This document shows positions 8,449 to 16,416 of a stretch of DNA of 64,000 nucleotides, piece by piece. The notes below the pieces were generated by a model. The model was not told the origin of the DNA and made no database searches. It saw only the letters and a program-made list of their open reading frames with translations. Each line of letters begins with the position of its first letter. Positions within the stretch are counted from its first letter, which is position 1. Source of the DNA: Candidatus Latescibacterota bacterium (GTDB taxonomy: Bacteria; Latescibacterota; UBA2968; UBA8231); assembly GCA_965215195.1 (NCBI GenBank), contig CBDCDC010000002.1, positions 3,616,001-3,680,000 on the forward strand, written 5' to 3'. The position numbers and the translations under genes were made by a program.

Positions 8449-10398
8449 GTGAAAAAACTCATCGCCAACGCCCCAGAGACGCGCTCGGCCGATGTCATCG
8501 CCGGGAACATCGAACATCTGAAGGCCCTGTTCCCCGAAGCGTTCACCGAGGGCAAGATCGACTTCGAGGTGCTCAAGCAGCTTCTCGGCGGCGTGGTTGA
8601 CGAGCGCGAGGAGAAGTACGGTCTCAACTGGCACGGCAAGCGCCAAGCGCGGCAGCTTGCCCTGACGCCGAGCACCGGAACTTTGCGCCCGTGCCCCGAG
8701 GAGAGCGTCGACTGGGATACGACTCAAAACCTGATGATTGAGGGCGATAACCTAGAGGTGCTCAAGCTCTTGCAGAAGAGCTACGCCGGGAAGGTGAAGC
8801 TGATTTATATTGATCCGCCGTACAACACGGGAAAGGACTTCGTCTATCCCGACGACTACCGGGACAACATGCAGAATTATCTGGAGTTGACGAGACAGAC
8901 TGACGGCGAGAACCAAAAGCTGTCGTCGAATACAGAGGCATCGGGGCGATTCCACACAGACTGGTTGAACATGATGTATCCACGGTTGAAGGTCTCAAGG
9001 AATTTGCTGGCAGGTGACGGTGTAATACTCATTTCCATAGGTGACGAGGAAATACATAATCTGAGAGTAGTATGTGACGACATTTTCGGCTACGAAAATT
9101 TCTGCGGTATCTTCATATGGGAGAAGAAAAAGAAGCCTTCTTTCCTTGATCGAAACATGGGCACCGTCACAGATTACATCGTCTCCTATGCAAAAGACCG
9201 CTCACAATCTCCCGCCTTCACAACCGGATCAGTGGAAGAAGAAAAAAAGTATCCCTTTAACAATGCGGGAAACAACATGGCAGTACTGGAGTTTCCAGCA
9301 GGAAGCGCGACCTTCGGCCTAAGTGATCAAACCATTACAGCTCAGGACATGTCGGAAGGGAACATCAAGACAGAATTGCTCGATGATGTTCGCATTGTGA
9401 AAGGAAGGAACAGCGACGCGTTTCGACTGCGTGGGGAATGGCGGTACTCGCAGTCCAAACTCAACGAGTTCGTAGCCTCCGGTGCGGATATTATGATCAG
9501 CAAAGTTCCTTTCCGTCCCAACTACGTGAACCGATCGGGTGAACAGAAGAAGACAGCGAACCTTCTTTCCTACAGAATCAACGCCATGCAGACCAATGAA
9601 GATGCCACGCAGCAGGCACGAAAAATCTTCGGCGAGGATGTCGTCTCCTATCCTAAGCCCGAGGGCTTGCTCAAGTATCTGATAGGAGCCGTATCACGAG
9701 AAAACGACATTATTTTGGATTTTTTCTCCGGATCAGGCACCACGGCTTCAGGCGTCTGGCGGCAAAATGCCGAGGATTCATGCTCTCGACGATTCATCCT
9801 AGTGCAGTTGCCCCAATCGCTCGACACGAAAAACAAGACTCATCGGGCTGCGGCCGACTTTTGCGATCAAATTGGAAGACCTCGCAATTTGGTGGAGTTG
9901 ACGAAAGAGTGGCTGCGTAGATCCGCGGAACAGATCAGGCAGGAAACACCGCTCTTCACGGGCGATTTTGGTTTCTTGGTTCTCAAGCTCGACACTTCGA
10001 ACATTCGATCTTGGATCGCGAAACCTGACAATCTTGAGCAATCTATCCTTGAACATGTTGAAAACATCAAGGAAGATCGTACCGATCAGGACATTCTTTT
10101 TGAGCTCATGTTGAAGATGGGCTTTGATCTCTGCATGTCCTTCGAATCGCGAATGATCGCAGGCAGAGTTGTGTACTCAGTCGGCACTGGGACGCTGTTT
10201 GCATGTCTCGACCAGCATATCGTCCGGGAGAAGGTCGATTCGCTGGCCCTCGGTATTGCCGAGTGGCACAAGCAACTCGAATCCGAGGGCGACGCCACGG
10301 TGATTTTTCGAGATAGTGCCTTTGAGGATGACATGGCTAAGACGAACATGGCAGCCATTTTGGAGCAACACGAACTCGGGAATGTGCGGAGCTTGTAG
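8449..10398 (+). CDS. mod: Type III R-M methyltransferase (Mod)
   Basis: IEGDNLEVLK, IYIDPPYNTG, YPKP and DFFSGSGTT motifs; GTG start at 8449 after GAGGAG. Confidence 0.93.
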   Translation: MKKLIANAPETRSADVIAGNIEHLKALFPEAFTEGKIDFEVLKQLLGGVVDEREEKYGLNWHGKRQARQLALTPSTGTLRPCPEESVDWDTTQNLMIEGDNLEVLKLLQKSYAGKVKLIYIDPPYNTGKDFVYPDDYRDNMQNYLELTRQTDGENQKLSSNTEASGRFHTDWLNMMYPRLKVSRNLLAGDGVILISIGDEEIHNLRVVCDDIFGYENFCGIFIWEKKKKPSFLDRNMGTVTDYIVSYAKDRSQSPAFTTGSVEEEKKYPFNNAGNNMAVLEFPAGSATFGLSDQTITAQDMSEGNIKTELLDDVRIVKGRNSDAFRLRGEWRYSQSKLNEFVASGADIMISKVPFRPNYVNRSGEQKKTANLLSYRINAMQTNEDATQQARKIFGEDVVSYPKPEGLLKYLIGAVSRENDIILDFFSGSGTTASGVWRQNAEDSCSRRFILVQLPQSLDTKNKTHRAAADFCDQIGRPRNLVELTKEWLRRSAEQIRQETPLFTGDFGFLVLKLDTSNIRSWIAKPDNLEQSILEHVENIKEDRTDQDILFELMLKMGFDLCMSFESRMIAGRVVYSVGTGTLFACLDQHIVREKVDSLALGIAEWHKQLESEGDATVIFRDSAFEDDMAKTNMAAILEQHELGNVRSL

Positions 10399-10425
10399 GC
10401 ACGACGGGTTGGACGGAGCTTACGT

Positions 10426-10680
10426 ATGAGCCAACATAAGAAGCTTCTGCAAAAAATTCTCAGCGGTCGCTCGGATGCGAATATCCGCTTCGGCGACTTG
10501 CGTGGTCTGCTCCGGAATCTGGGCTTCGCCGAGCGAGTGCAGGGAAGCCACCATATATTCAGAAAGAATGGCGTTGCGGAGAGAATCAATCTATAGCGCG
10601 ACGACGGCCATGCTAAGCCCTATCAGGTACAGCAGGTCCGTAAAGTGATCCTGAAGTACGAACTAGGAGTAGAAGACTGA
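10426..10680 (+). pseudogene. hicA: HicA toxin with premature stop
   Basis: MSQHKKLLQKILSGRSDANIRFGDL...GSHHIFRK...INL*RDDGHAKPYQVQQVR; TAG at 10594-10596; stop overlaps hicB ATG. Confidence 0.85.
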
Positions 10681-10892
10681 TGTACAAATACGAGATTATC
10701 CTCTATTGGAGTAACGACGACGACGCTTTCGTGGCTGAAGTGCCTGAGCTTCCTGGATGCATGGCTCATGGTGACACGCAAGAAGCCGCTCTCAGACACG
10801 TCAATCAAGCGATGGCTCTCTGGATTGATACAGCGAAAGAGTTCGGCGATCCAATACCAGAACCCAAAGGTGAGCGGCTGATGCTGGCGTAA
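10680..10892 (+). CDS. hicB: HicB-family antitoxin
   Basis: AFVAEVPELPGCMAHGDTQEAAL...IPEPKG signature. Confidence 0.92.
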   Translation: MYKYEIILYWSNDDDAFVAEVPELPGCMAHGDTQEAALRHVNQAMALWIDTAKEFGDPIPEPKGERLMLA

Positions 10893-10947
10893 CGAAGGTG
10901 TTCCGACTCAAGAGCATCTACGAATTGAACGGTTTTCTGAGTACCAC

Positions 10948-13911
10948 ATGAAATTCCACTTTGAACCCAACCTCGACTACCAACTCCAAGCCATCGAAAC
11001 AGTCTGCGACCTGTTTCGCGGCCAAGAGATCTGCCGTACTGAATTCACGGTCACGCGCAATGCGGCGAATGCTCAGGCTGGCCTCGGCTTTGCGGAAAGC
11101 GATCTGGGCACCGGCAATCGGCTGAGCCTGCCCGACGATGAGGTGCTCGCAAACCTAAACGATGTCCAACTCCGCAACGGCTTGCCTCCCTCGGCGGCCT
11201 TGAACTCGGGCGATTTCACCGTGGAGATGGAGACTGGCACCGGCAAGACCTATGTGTACCTGCGCACCATCTTCGAGCTAAACAAACGTTACGGCTTCAC
11301 CAAGTTCGTCATCGTCGTGCCGTCGGTCGCCATCAAGGAAGGCGTGTACAAGTCGCTCCAGATCACCGACGACCACTTCCGCGCACTCTACTCGGGTACG
11401 CCTTTCGAGTACTTTCTCTACGACTCGGCCAAGCTCGGCCAAGTGCGAAACTTTGCCACCAGCCCGCAGATTCAGATCATGGTGGTGACGGTTGGTGCTA
11501 TTAACAAAAGGGACGTCAACAACCTCTATAAGGACAGCGAGAAGACGGGCGGCGAAAAGCCGATTGATCTGATCCGAGCCACGCGGCCCATCCTCGTCGT
11601 TGATGAGCCACAAAGCGTGGATGGCGGTTTGCGGGGGCGCGGCAAAGAAGCCCTCGCCTCCATGAATCCTCTCTGCACGCTGCGCTACTCGGCGACACAC
11701 GCAGACCAGCACCACATGGTCTATCGGCTTGATGCGGTAGATGCTTACGAGCGCAAGCTAGTCAAGCAGATCGAAGTAGCATCGGCGACGGTCAAGGACG
11801 CCCACAACAAGCCCTACGTCCGCTTGGTCTCAACGCGCAACCAGCGCGGCACGATCAGTGCCAAGATCGAACTTGACGTCGAAATAGCGACTGGAGTACG
11901 ACGGCGAGAGATCAATGTCCAAGATGGCGACGATCTCGAACAAACCACCGGACGTGCGACTTACCGCGACTGCCGCATTGGCGAAATCCGCGTCGAAAAA
12001 GGCAACGAATTCGTCGAGTTGCGCGTACCCGGCGGTGAGCACTTTCTCCGGTTGGGAGAAGCCTACGGCGACGTAGATCATCTCGCTGTCCAGCGCGAGA
12101 TGATCCGCTGCACCATCCACGAGCATCTCGACAAAGAGAAACGCCTGCGCCCACAGGGGATCAAAGTGCTCAGCCTGTTTTTCGTCGATGCGGTAGAACA
12201 CTATCGGCAGTACGACGACGAGGGCAATTCTGCTAAAGGGGAATATGCCCGAATTTTTGAGGAGGAGTATCGGCGTCTGGCGAGGCATCCAGACTTTGGT
12301 GACGTGGCTCTCGACGTGCCCGCAGAAGATGTCCACAACGGCTACTTCTCCATCGACAAAAAGGGCGGCTGGACAGATACCGCCGAGAACAATCAGTCCA
12401 ACCGCGACAACGCCGAACGAGCCTACAACCTGATCATGCGAGACAAGGAGAGACTCCTGAGCCTAGAGACGCCGCTCAAGTTCATTTTTTCGCACTCGGC
12501 CTTGCGCGAAGGCTGGGACAATCCCAACGTCTTTCAGATCTGCACCCTGCGCGACATTCGCACCGAGCGCGAGCGACGGCAGACCATTGGGCGCGGCCTG
12601 CGCTTGTGCGTCAATCAAGAGGGCCAGCGTCTGCGCGGCTTCGAGGTCAACACGCTCACGGTCGTTGCCACGGAGAGCTACGAGGAATTTGCCGAGAACC
12701 TCCAGCGGGAAATCGAGACCGACACCGGCATCCGCTTCGGCGTCGTGGAGGCGCATCAGTTTGCGGCCATTCCGGTCGTTGGCACAGACGAACAGACGAT
12801 GGCTCTCGGTTCCGAAGCGTCGCAGCATTTGTGGGAACATCTGCAAGCAGAGGGGTATATAGACGCGGCAGGGAAAATCCAAGACTCCCTCCGAGTGGCA
12901 CTCGAGACCGACACCCTCATCTTGCCCGATAAATTCGCCGATCAGTGCGAAGACATCGGCAAGGTGCTACGCAAGTTCGCCGGGCGTCTAACAATCAAAA
13001 ACGCCGACGAGCGCCGCCCAATCCGCCCGCGCCGAGCCGTCCTCCAAAGCCCGGAGTTCAAGGCACTGTGGGACCGCATCAAGCACAAGACCACGTACCG
13101 CGTCGAGTTCGACAACGAGGCGCTGCTCGCACACTGCATCCAAGCACTTGGCGATGCGCCGCCGATCCCAAAGGCCCGGCTCCAGTGGCGCAAAGCCGAC
13201 ATCGCCATCGGCCAAGCAGGAGTCGGGGCGACCGAACGCGAGGGGACGGCAACCGTGGTGCTGGACGAGGCCGATGTAGAGCTACCCGACGTGCTTACCG
13301 AGCTTCAGGACCGCACGCAACTCACGCGCCGCAGCATCCACCGCATCCTCTCGGAGAGCGGACGCCTCGCCGACTTCAAGCGCAATCCACAGCAATTCAT
13401 CGCTCTCGCCGCGCAAGCCATCAACCGCTGCAAGTGCCTCGCCTTGGTGGACGGCGTCAAGTACCAGCGCCTCGGAGACGAGTACTACTATGCACAGGAA
13501 CTCTTTGAGAACGAAGAATTAACCGGCTATCTGAAGAACATGCGTCCGGGAACCGAGAAATCGGTGTACGATCAGGTCGTGTACGACTCCGAAATTGAGA
13601 AATCCTTTGCCGGCCAGTTGGAGAAAAACACTGCGGTCAAGGTGTACGCCAAGCTGCCGGGATGGTTCACGGTGTCGACGCCGCTTGGAAGTTATAACCC
13701 GGACTGGGCCGTGCTGATTGAGCGCGACGAAGACGAGCAGCTATACTTTGTGATTGAAACGAAGGCCAGCCTGTTCGCCAGCGATCTGCGCGATGCCGAA
13801 AGCGCCAAGATCAAATGCGGTGAGGCGCACTTCGCCGCGCTCAAAGTGAGCGAATCGCCGGCGGAGTACCGAACGGCTCGCTCCCTAGACGACGTATTGG
13901 CTAGCAGCTAA
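10948..13911 (+). CDS. res: Type III R-M restriction endonuclease/helicase (Res)
   Basis: METGTGKT, DEPQ, LREGWDNPNVFQIC, QTIGRGLR and C-terminal NPDW...ETK nuclease motif. Confidence 0.93.
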   Translation: MKFHFEPNLDYQLQAIETVCDLFRGQEICRTEFTVTRNAANAQAGLGFAESDLGTGNRLSLPDDEVLANLNDVQLRNGLPPSAALNSGDFTVEMETGTGKTYVYLRTIFELNKRYGFTKFVIVVPSVAIKEGVYKSLQITDDHFRALYSGTPFEYFLYDSAKLGQVRNFATSPQIQIMVVTVGAINKRDVNNLYKDSEKTGGEKPIDLIRATRPILVVDEPQSVDGGLRGRGKEALASMNPLCTLRYSATHADQHHMVYRLDAVDAYERKLVKQIEVASATVKDAHNKPYVRLVSTRNQRGTISAKIELDVEIATGVRRREINVQDGDDLEQTTGRATYRDCRIGEIRVEKGNEFVELRVPGGEHFLRLGEAYGDVDHLAVQREMIRCTIHEHLDKEKRLRPQGIKVLSLFFVDAVEHYRQYDDEGNSAKGEYARIFEEEYRRLARHPDFGDVALDVPAEDVHNGYFSIDKKGGWTDTAENNQSNRDNAERAYNLIMRDKERLLSLETPLKFIFSHSALREGWDNPNVFQICTLRDIRTERERRQTIGRGLRLCVNQEGQRLRGFEVNTLTVVATESYEEFAENLQREIETDTGIRFGVVEAHQFAAIPVVGTDEQTMALGSEASQHLWEHLQAEGYIDAAGKIQDSLRVALETDTLILPDKFADQCEDIGKVLRKFAGRLTIKNADERRPIRPRRAVLQSPEFKALWDRIKHKTTYRVEFDNEALLAHCIQALGDAPPIPKARLQWRKADIAIGQAGVGATEREGTATVVLDEADVELPDVLTELQDRTQLTRRSIHRILSESGRLADFKRNPQQFIALAAQAINRCKCLALVDGVKYQRLGDEYYYAQELFENEELTGYLKNMRPGTEKSVYDQVVYDSEIEKSFAGQLEKNTAVKVYAKLPGWFTVSTPLGSYNPDWAVLIERDEDEQLYFVIETKASLFASDLRDAESAKIKCGEAHFAALKVSESPAEYRTARSLDDVLASS

Positions 13912-14155
13912 GTACACGACAGTAGGGCCTTACCCTCGGATTGAGGGCATCTTACCCTCGCCGAGGGCGATCTTTTACTGCGACCGCTTCTCGCCGAACC
14001 AAGTGACCTTGCTGCGGGATACGTGTATCCACTCGTCGAGGGCGATCTTTTACTGCGGCCGCTTCTCGGGTCGTTGCCTACCCTCGGCGAGGGCGGGACG
14101 CCCTCGATCCCGGGATCATCGCCATCAACGACATTTATTGGTGTCGTGTACTTAG
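13908..14155. mobile_element. MITE-like element, copy 2
   Basis: TIRs CTAAGTACACGAC / GTCGTGTACTTAG; 9-bp target duplication GGCTAGCAG (13899-13907, 14156-14164); internal 32-bp direct repeat (13962-13993, 14037-14068). Confidence 0.88.
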
Positions 14156-14210
14156 GGCTAGCAGTTAAGCCTGTTGCCTAATGCACGCACCTTGTACAAA
14201 GGAACCCACC

Positions 14211-15701
14211 ATGACCGACCGCCCCAACATCCTCGTCATAATGACCGACCAGCAGCGCGCCACGGCCAGCCACCTCTACGGCAACACCTTTTGCCAAACC
14301 CCGGCCATGGAACGCCTAGCCGCCGACGGAGTGCTCTTTGAGAACGCAATCACCCCGCACCCGCTCTGCGTGCCGGCGCGCATCTCGTTTTGGACCTCCC
14401 AGTTTCCCCACTCGCACGGCGGCCGCCGCAACCAGACCTTGATGCCGGCCGGTGCCACGCACACTTGGCAGCTTTGGAAAAAGGCCGGCTACGCCACGGG
14501 TCTGATCGGCAAAAACCACTGCTTCGAGCGGGAAGAGGATTTGGCGCTTTTCGACGTGTGGAACGCCTTTACCCACGGCGGGCGCGACGAGGGGCCACAG
14601 ACGCGGGGCATGGACTGGTTCCGGCCGGAAGAAGGTCGCCGCAAGGTCGCGGCCGAGCATCGCCAACTCACCCATCAGAACCCCCGCTTTAGCTACGGCA
14701 CCTCCGAGTTGCCGTTAGAGGACCACTCCACCGGGCTAATCGCCGGGCAGACGACGCGCTTTCTCGAAAAGTACCAAGACCAGCCCTTTGCCCTGTGGGT
14801 TTCCTTTCCCGATCCGCACGAGCCGTGGCTGTGCCCAGCCGAGTACGCGGCCTTGTTCCCGCCCACGGCCATTGACCTGCCTCCTTGGCGCGATGGCGAG
14901 TTCGACGATGAGCGCGCCCCCGAGCGCAATCGGGTGCTCTACCAAATGCTGGGGGTGCGCCGCGATCCGTCCGAAGACCTCTACGGCGTCATGGCCTCGT
15001 ACTTTGGCATGGTGCGCTTTATCGACGACGCGCTCGGCCAAATACTCGACAAGCTCGACGAACTGGGGCTGCGGGAGCAGACGATTGTGGTATTTTGTTC
15101 GGACCACGGCGACTTCATGGGCGAACACGCCATGCAGTGCAAAGGCGGCGTTTTCTACGACAGCCTGACGCGGGTGCCGCTGATCGTCTCTTGGCCCGGA
15201 CAGGTCGCCGCTGGCGTCCGCGACCAGAGCATGGCCAATCTAATTGACGTGGTGCCGACGCTGTTGCACTTGCAGGGGCTGGCGCAGCCGCGCTCAATGC
15301 ACGGAGCACCGCTACCCACCGCGACCGAGGCCGCACCTCGGGAGGCGACCTTTTCCGAATACGGCAGCGGGGGGCCGCTCTTTACCATGGCCGATCTGGA
15401 AAAACTGCCGCAACCTTGGGGCCGCAAGACCCTGATCGACACCTTGCAGTGGCGCGAGGCGGCTGGCCGGTGCAAGATGGTCCGCACCCGTCAGTGGAAG
15501 TACGTCCACGACCCCATGGGCGACCGCGACGAACTCTACGACCTCGTCGCCGATCCCGGCGAGTTGGTCAATGTGATCGACGAGGAGCAACATTGCGACG
15601 CCCTCGCCGCCATGCGCCTGCGGTTAGCCGACTGGAGCATCAACACCGAGGACGCCCGGCCAGTGCCCCTGCCTGACCGCGCCCACTACGAGCTGGCCTG
15701 A
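14211..15701 (+). CDS. Sulfatase-like hydrolase
   Basis: RPNILVIMTDQQR, CVPAR (CxPxR), GKNH, SDHGD; start set at ATG 14211 after AAGGA. Confidence 0.92.
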   Translation: MTDRPNILVIMTDQQRATASHLYGNTFCQTPAMERLAADGVLFENAITPHPLCVPARISFWTSQFPHSHGGRRNQTLMPAGATHTWQLWKKAGYATGLIGKNHCFEREEDLALFDVWNAFTHGGRDEGPQTRGMDWFRPEEGRRKVAAEHRQLTHQNPRFSYGTSELPLEDHSTGLIAGQTTRFLEKYQDQPFALWVSFPDPHEPWLCPAEYAALFPPTAIDLPPWRDGEFDDERAPERNRVLYQMLGVRRDPSEDLYGVMASYFGMVRFIDDALGQILDKLDELGLREQTIVVFCSDHGDFMGEHAMQCKGGVFYDSLTRVPLIVSWPGQVAAGVRDQSMANLIDVVPTLLHLQGLAQPRSMHGAPLPTATEAAPREATFSEYGSGGPLFTMADLEKLPQPWGRKTLIDTLQWREAAGRCKMVRTRQWKYVHDPMGDRDELYDLVADPGELVNVIDEEQHCDALAAMRLRLADWSINTEDARPVPLPDRAHYELA

Positions 15702-15758
15702 ATTTGACACTAGGGCAACGTTGGCCAATCGTTTGTAGGTCAGCGAAAGGATAAAGTG

Positions 15759-15976
15759 ATGACATCAATTCAAGGATTGCCAACTCCCCAAAGTGTAGAA
15801 ACCGAACGCGAAGACGATGGTTGATGGATTGCTGAAATCGTCGAGATTCCCGGTGCTATGACCTATGGCTTGACCGTTGAGGAGGCCACCGCAAAGGTGC
15901 AAGCACTTGCCCTGCGCGTCTTGGCCGAACGCCTTGAACATGGAGAAATTGGGCCGGAATGTTTCAGGCAGCATGA
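15759..15976 (+). pseudogene. hicB: HicB-family antitoxin, degraded
   Basis: ETEREDDG*WIAEIVEIPGAMTYGLTVEEATAKVQALALRVLAERLEHGE; TGA at 15822-15824; 3' end out of frame with the expected overlapping stop. Confidence 0.75.
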
Positions 15977-16185
15977 ACAGGTGGCCTAGCACTCGTGCCA
16001 GAAGGGTTCTGGCGGCTCTGCTGCGTTCGGGATGGAGCGTGAAAAGCCAATCAGGCTCTCACAGGACTTTGGCAAAAGAAGGCTGGCCCGACTAAACTTT
16101 TGCTTTCCATGACTACCAAGAAATTGGTCCTCGAATGTTGGCGCGTCTTGCCAAGCGCACCGGACTTAGACCGGAACATTTGTAG
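15973..16185 (+). pseudogene. hicA: HicA toxin with premature stop
   Basis: MNRWPSTRARRVLAALLRSGW...SGSHRTLAKEGWPD*TFAFHD.QEIGPRMLARLAKRTGL; TAA at 16093-16095. Confidence 0.82.
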
Positions 16186-16192
16186 CTGACGC

Positions 16193-16222
16193 TTGACACA
16201 ATCGGCGCTCTGCCGGTATCTT
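16193..16222 (+). promoter_or_regulatory. sigma70-type promoter for thrS leader
   Basis: TTGACA (16193-16198), 18-bp spacer, TATCTT (16217-16222); predicted +1 falls near the ATG at 16230. Confidence 0.7.
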
Positions 16223-16229
16223 ATGCGGC

Positions 16230-16334
16230 ATGATTTCTGCTCTGCTTACAGTCGCGTCCGCATCGTGCCCCAGCCGTTTCCCGTCGGGGCTGACCCCTAC
16301 CACCACTACGACTACGACTATATGCGCCGGATAG
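16230..16334 (+). CDS. Thr-rich attenuator leader peptide (34 aa)
   Basis: MISALLTVASASCPSRFPSGLTPTTTTTTTICAG*; seven consecutive Thr codons (16299-16319) using ACC/ACT/ACG, directly upstream of thrS. Confidence 0.85.
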   Translation: MISALLTVASASCPSRFPSGLTPTTTTTTTICAG

Positions 16335-16365
16335 CGACGGACTAAAGCTCATTTTGCAACCTCTC

Positions 16366-16398
16366 CCCGCTGTCGGCTACGATGACAGCGGGTTTTTT
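16366..16398 (+). terminator. Intrinsic terminator (attenuator) before thrS
   Basis: 9-bp stem CCCGCTGTC/GACAGCGGG followed by TTTTTT. Confidence 0.88.
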
Positions 16399-16416
16399 CA
16401 TGCCAAGGAGCACGTC

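Noticed and set aside
9121-9250. Phase-variable simple repeats in mod
   Set aside because: Only short A-rich runs encoding Lys/Glu; the frame is intact and no long SSR tract is present.
13962-14068. Mini CRISPR array (32-bp repeats, 43-bp spacer)
   Set aside because: Only two repeats, inside a MITE, and no cas genes in the window.
1188-14155. Composite transposon: defence island bracketed by two TIR elements
   Set aside because: Each element has its own different target duplication (CCTAATAA vs GGCTAGCAG), indicating independent insertions.
16200-16416. T-box riboswitch upstream of thrS
   Set aside because: No T-box consensus (GGTGGNACCGCG) seen; the Thr-codon leader explains the terminator.
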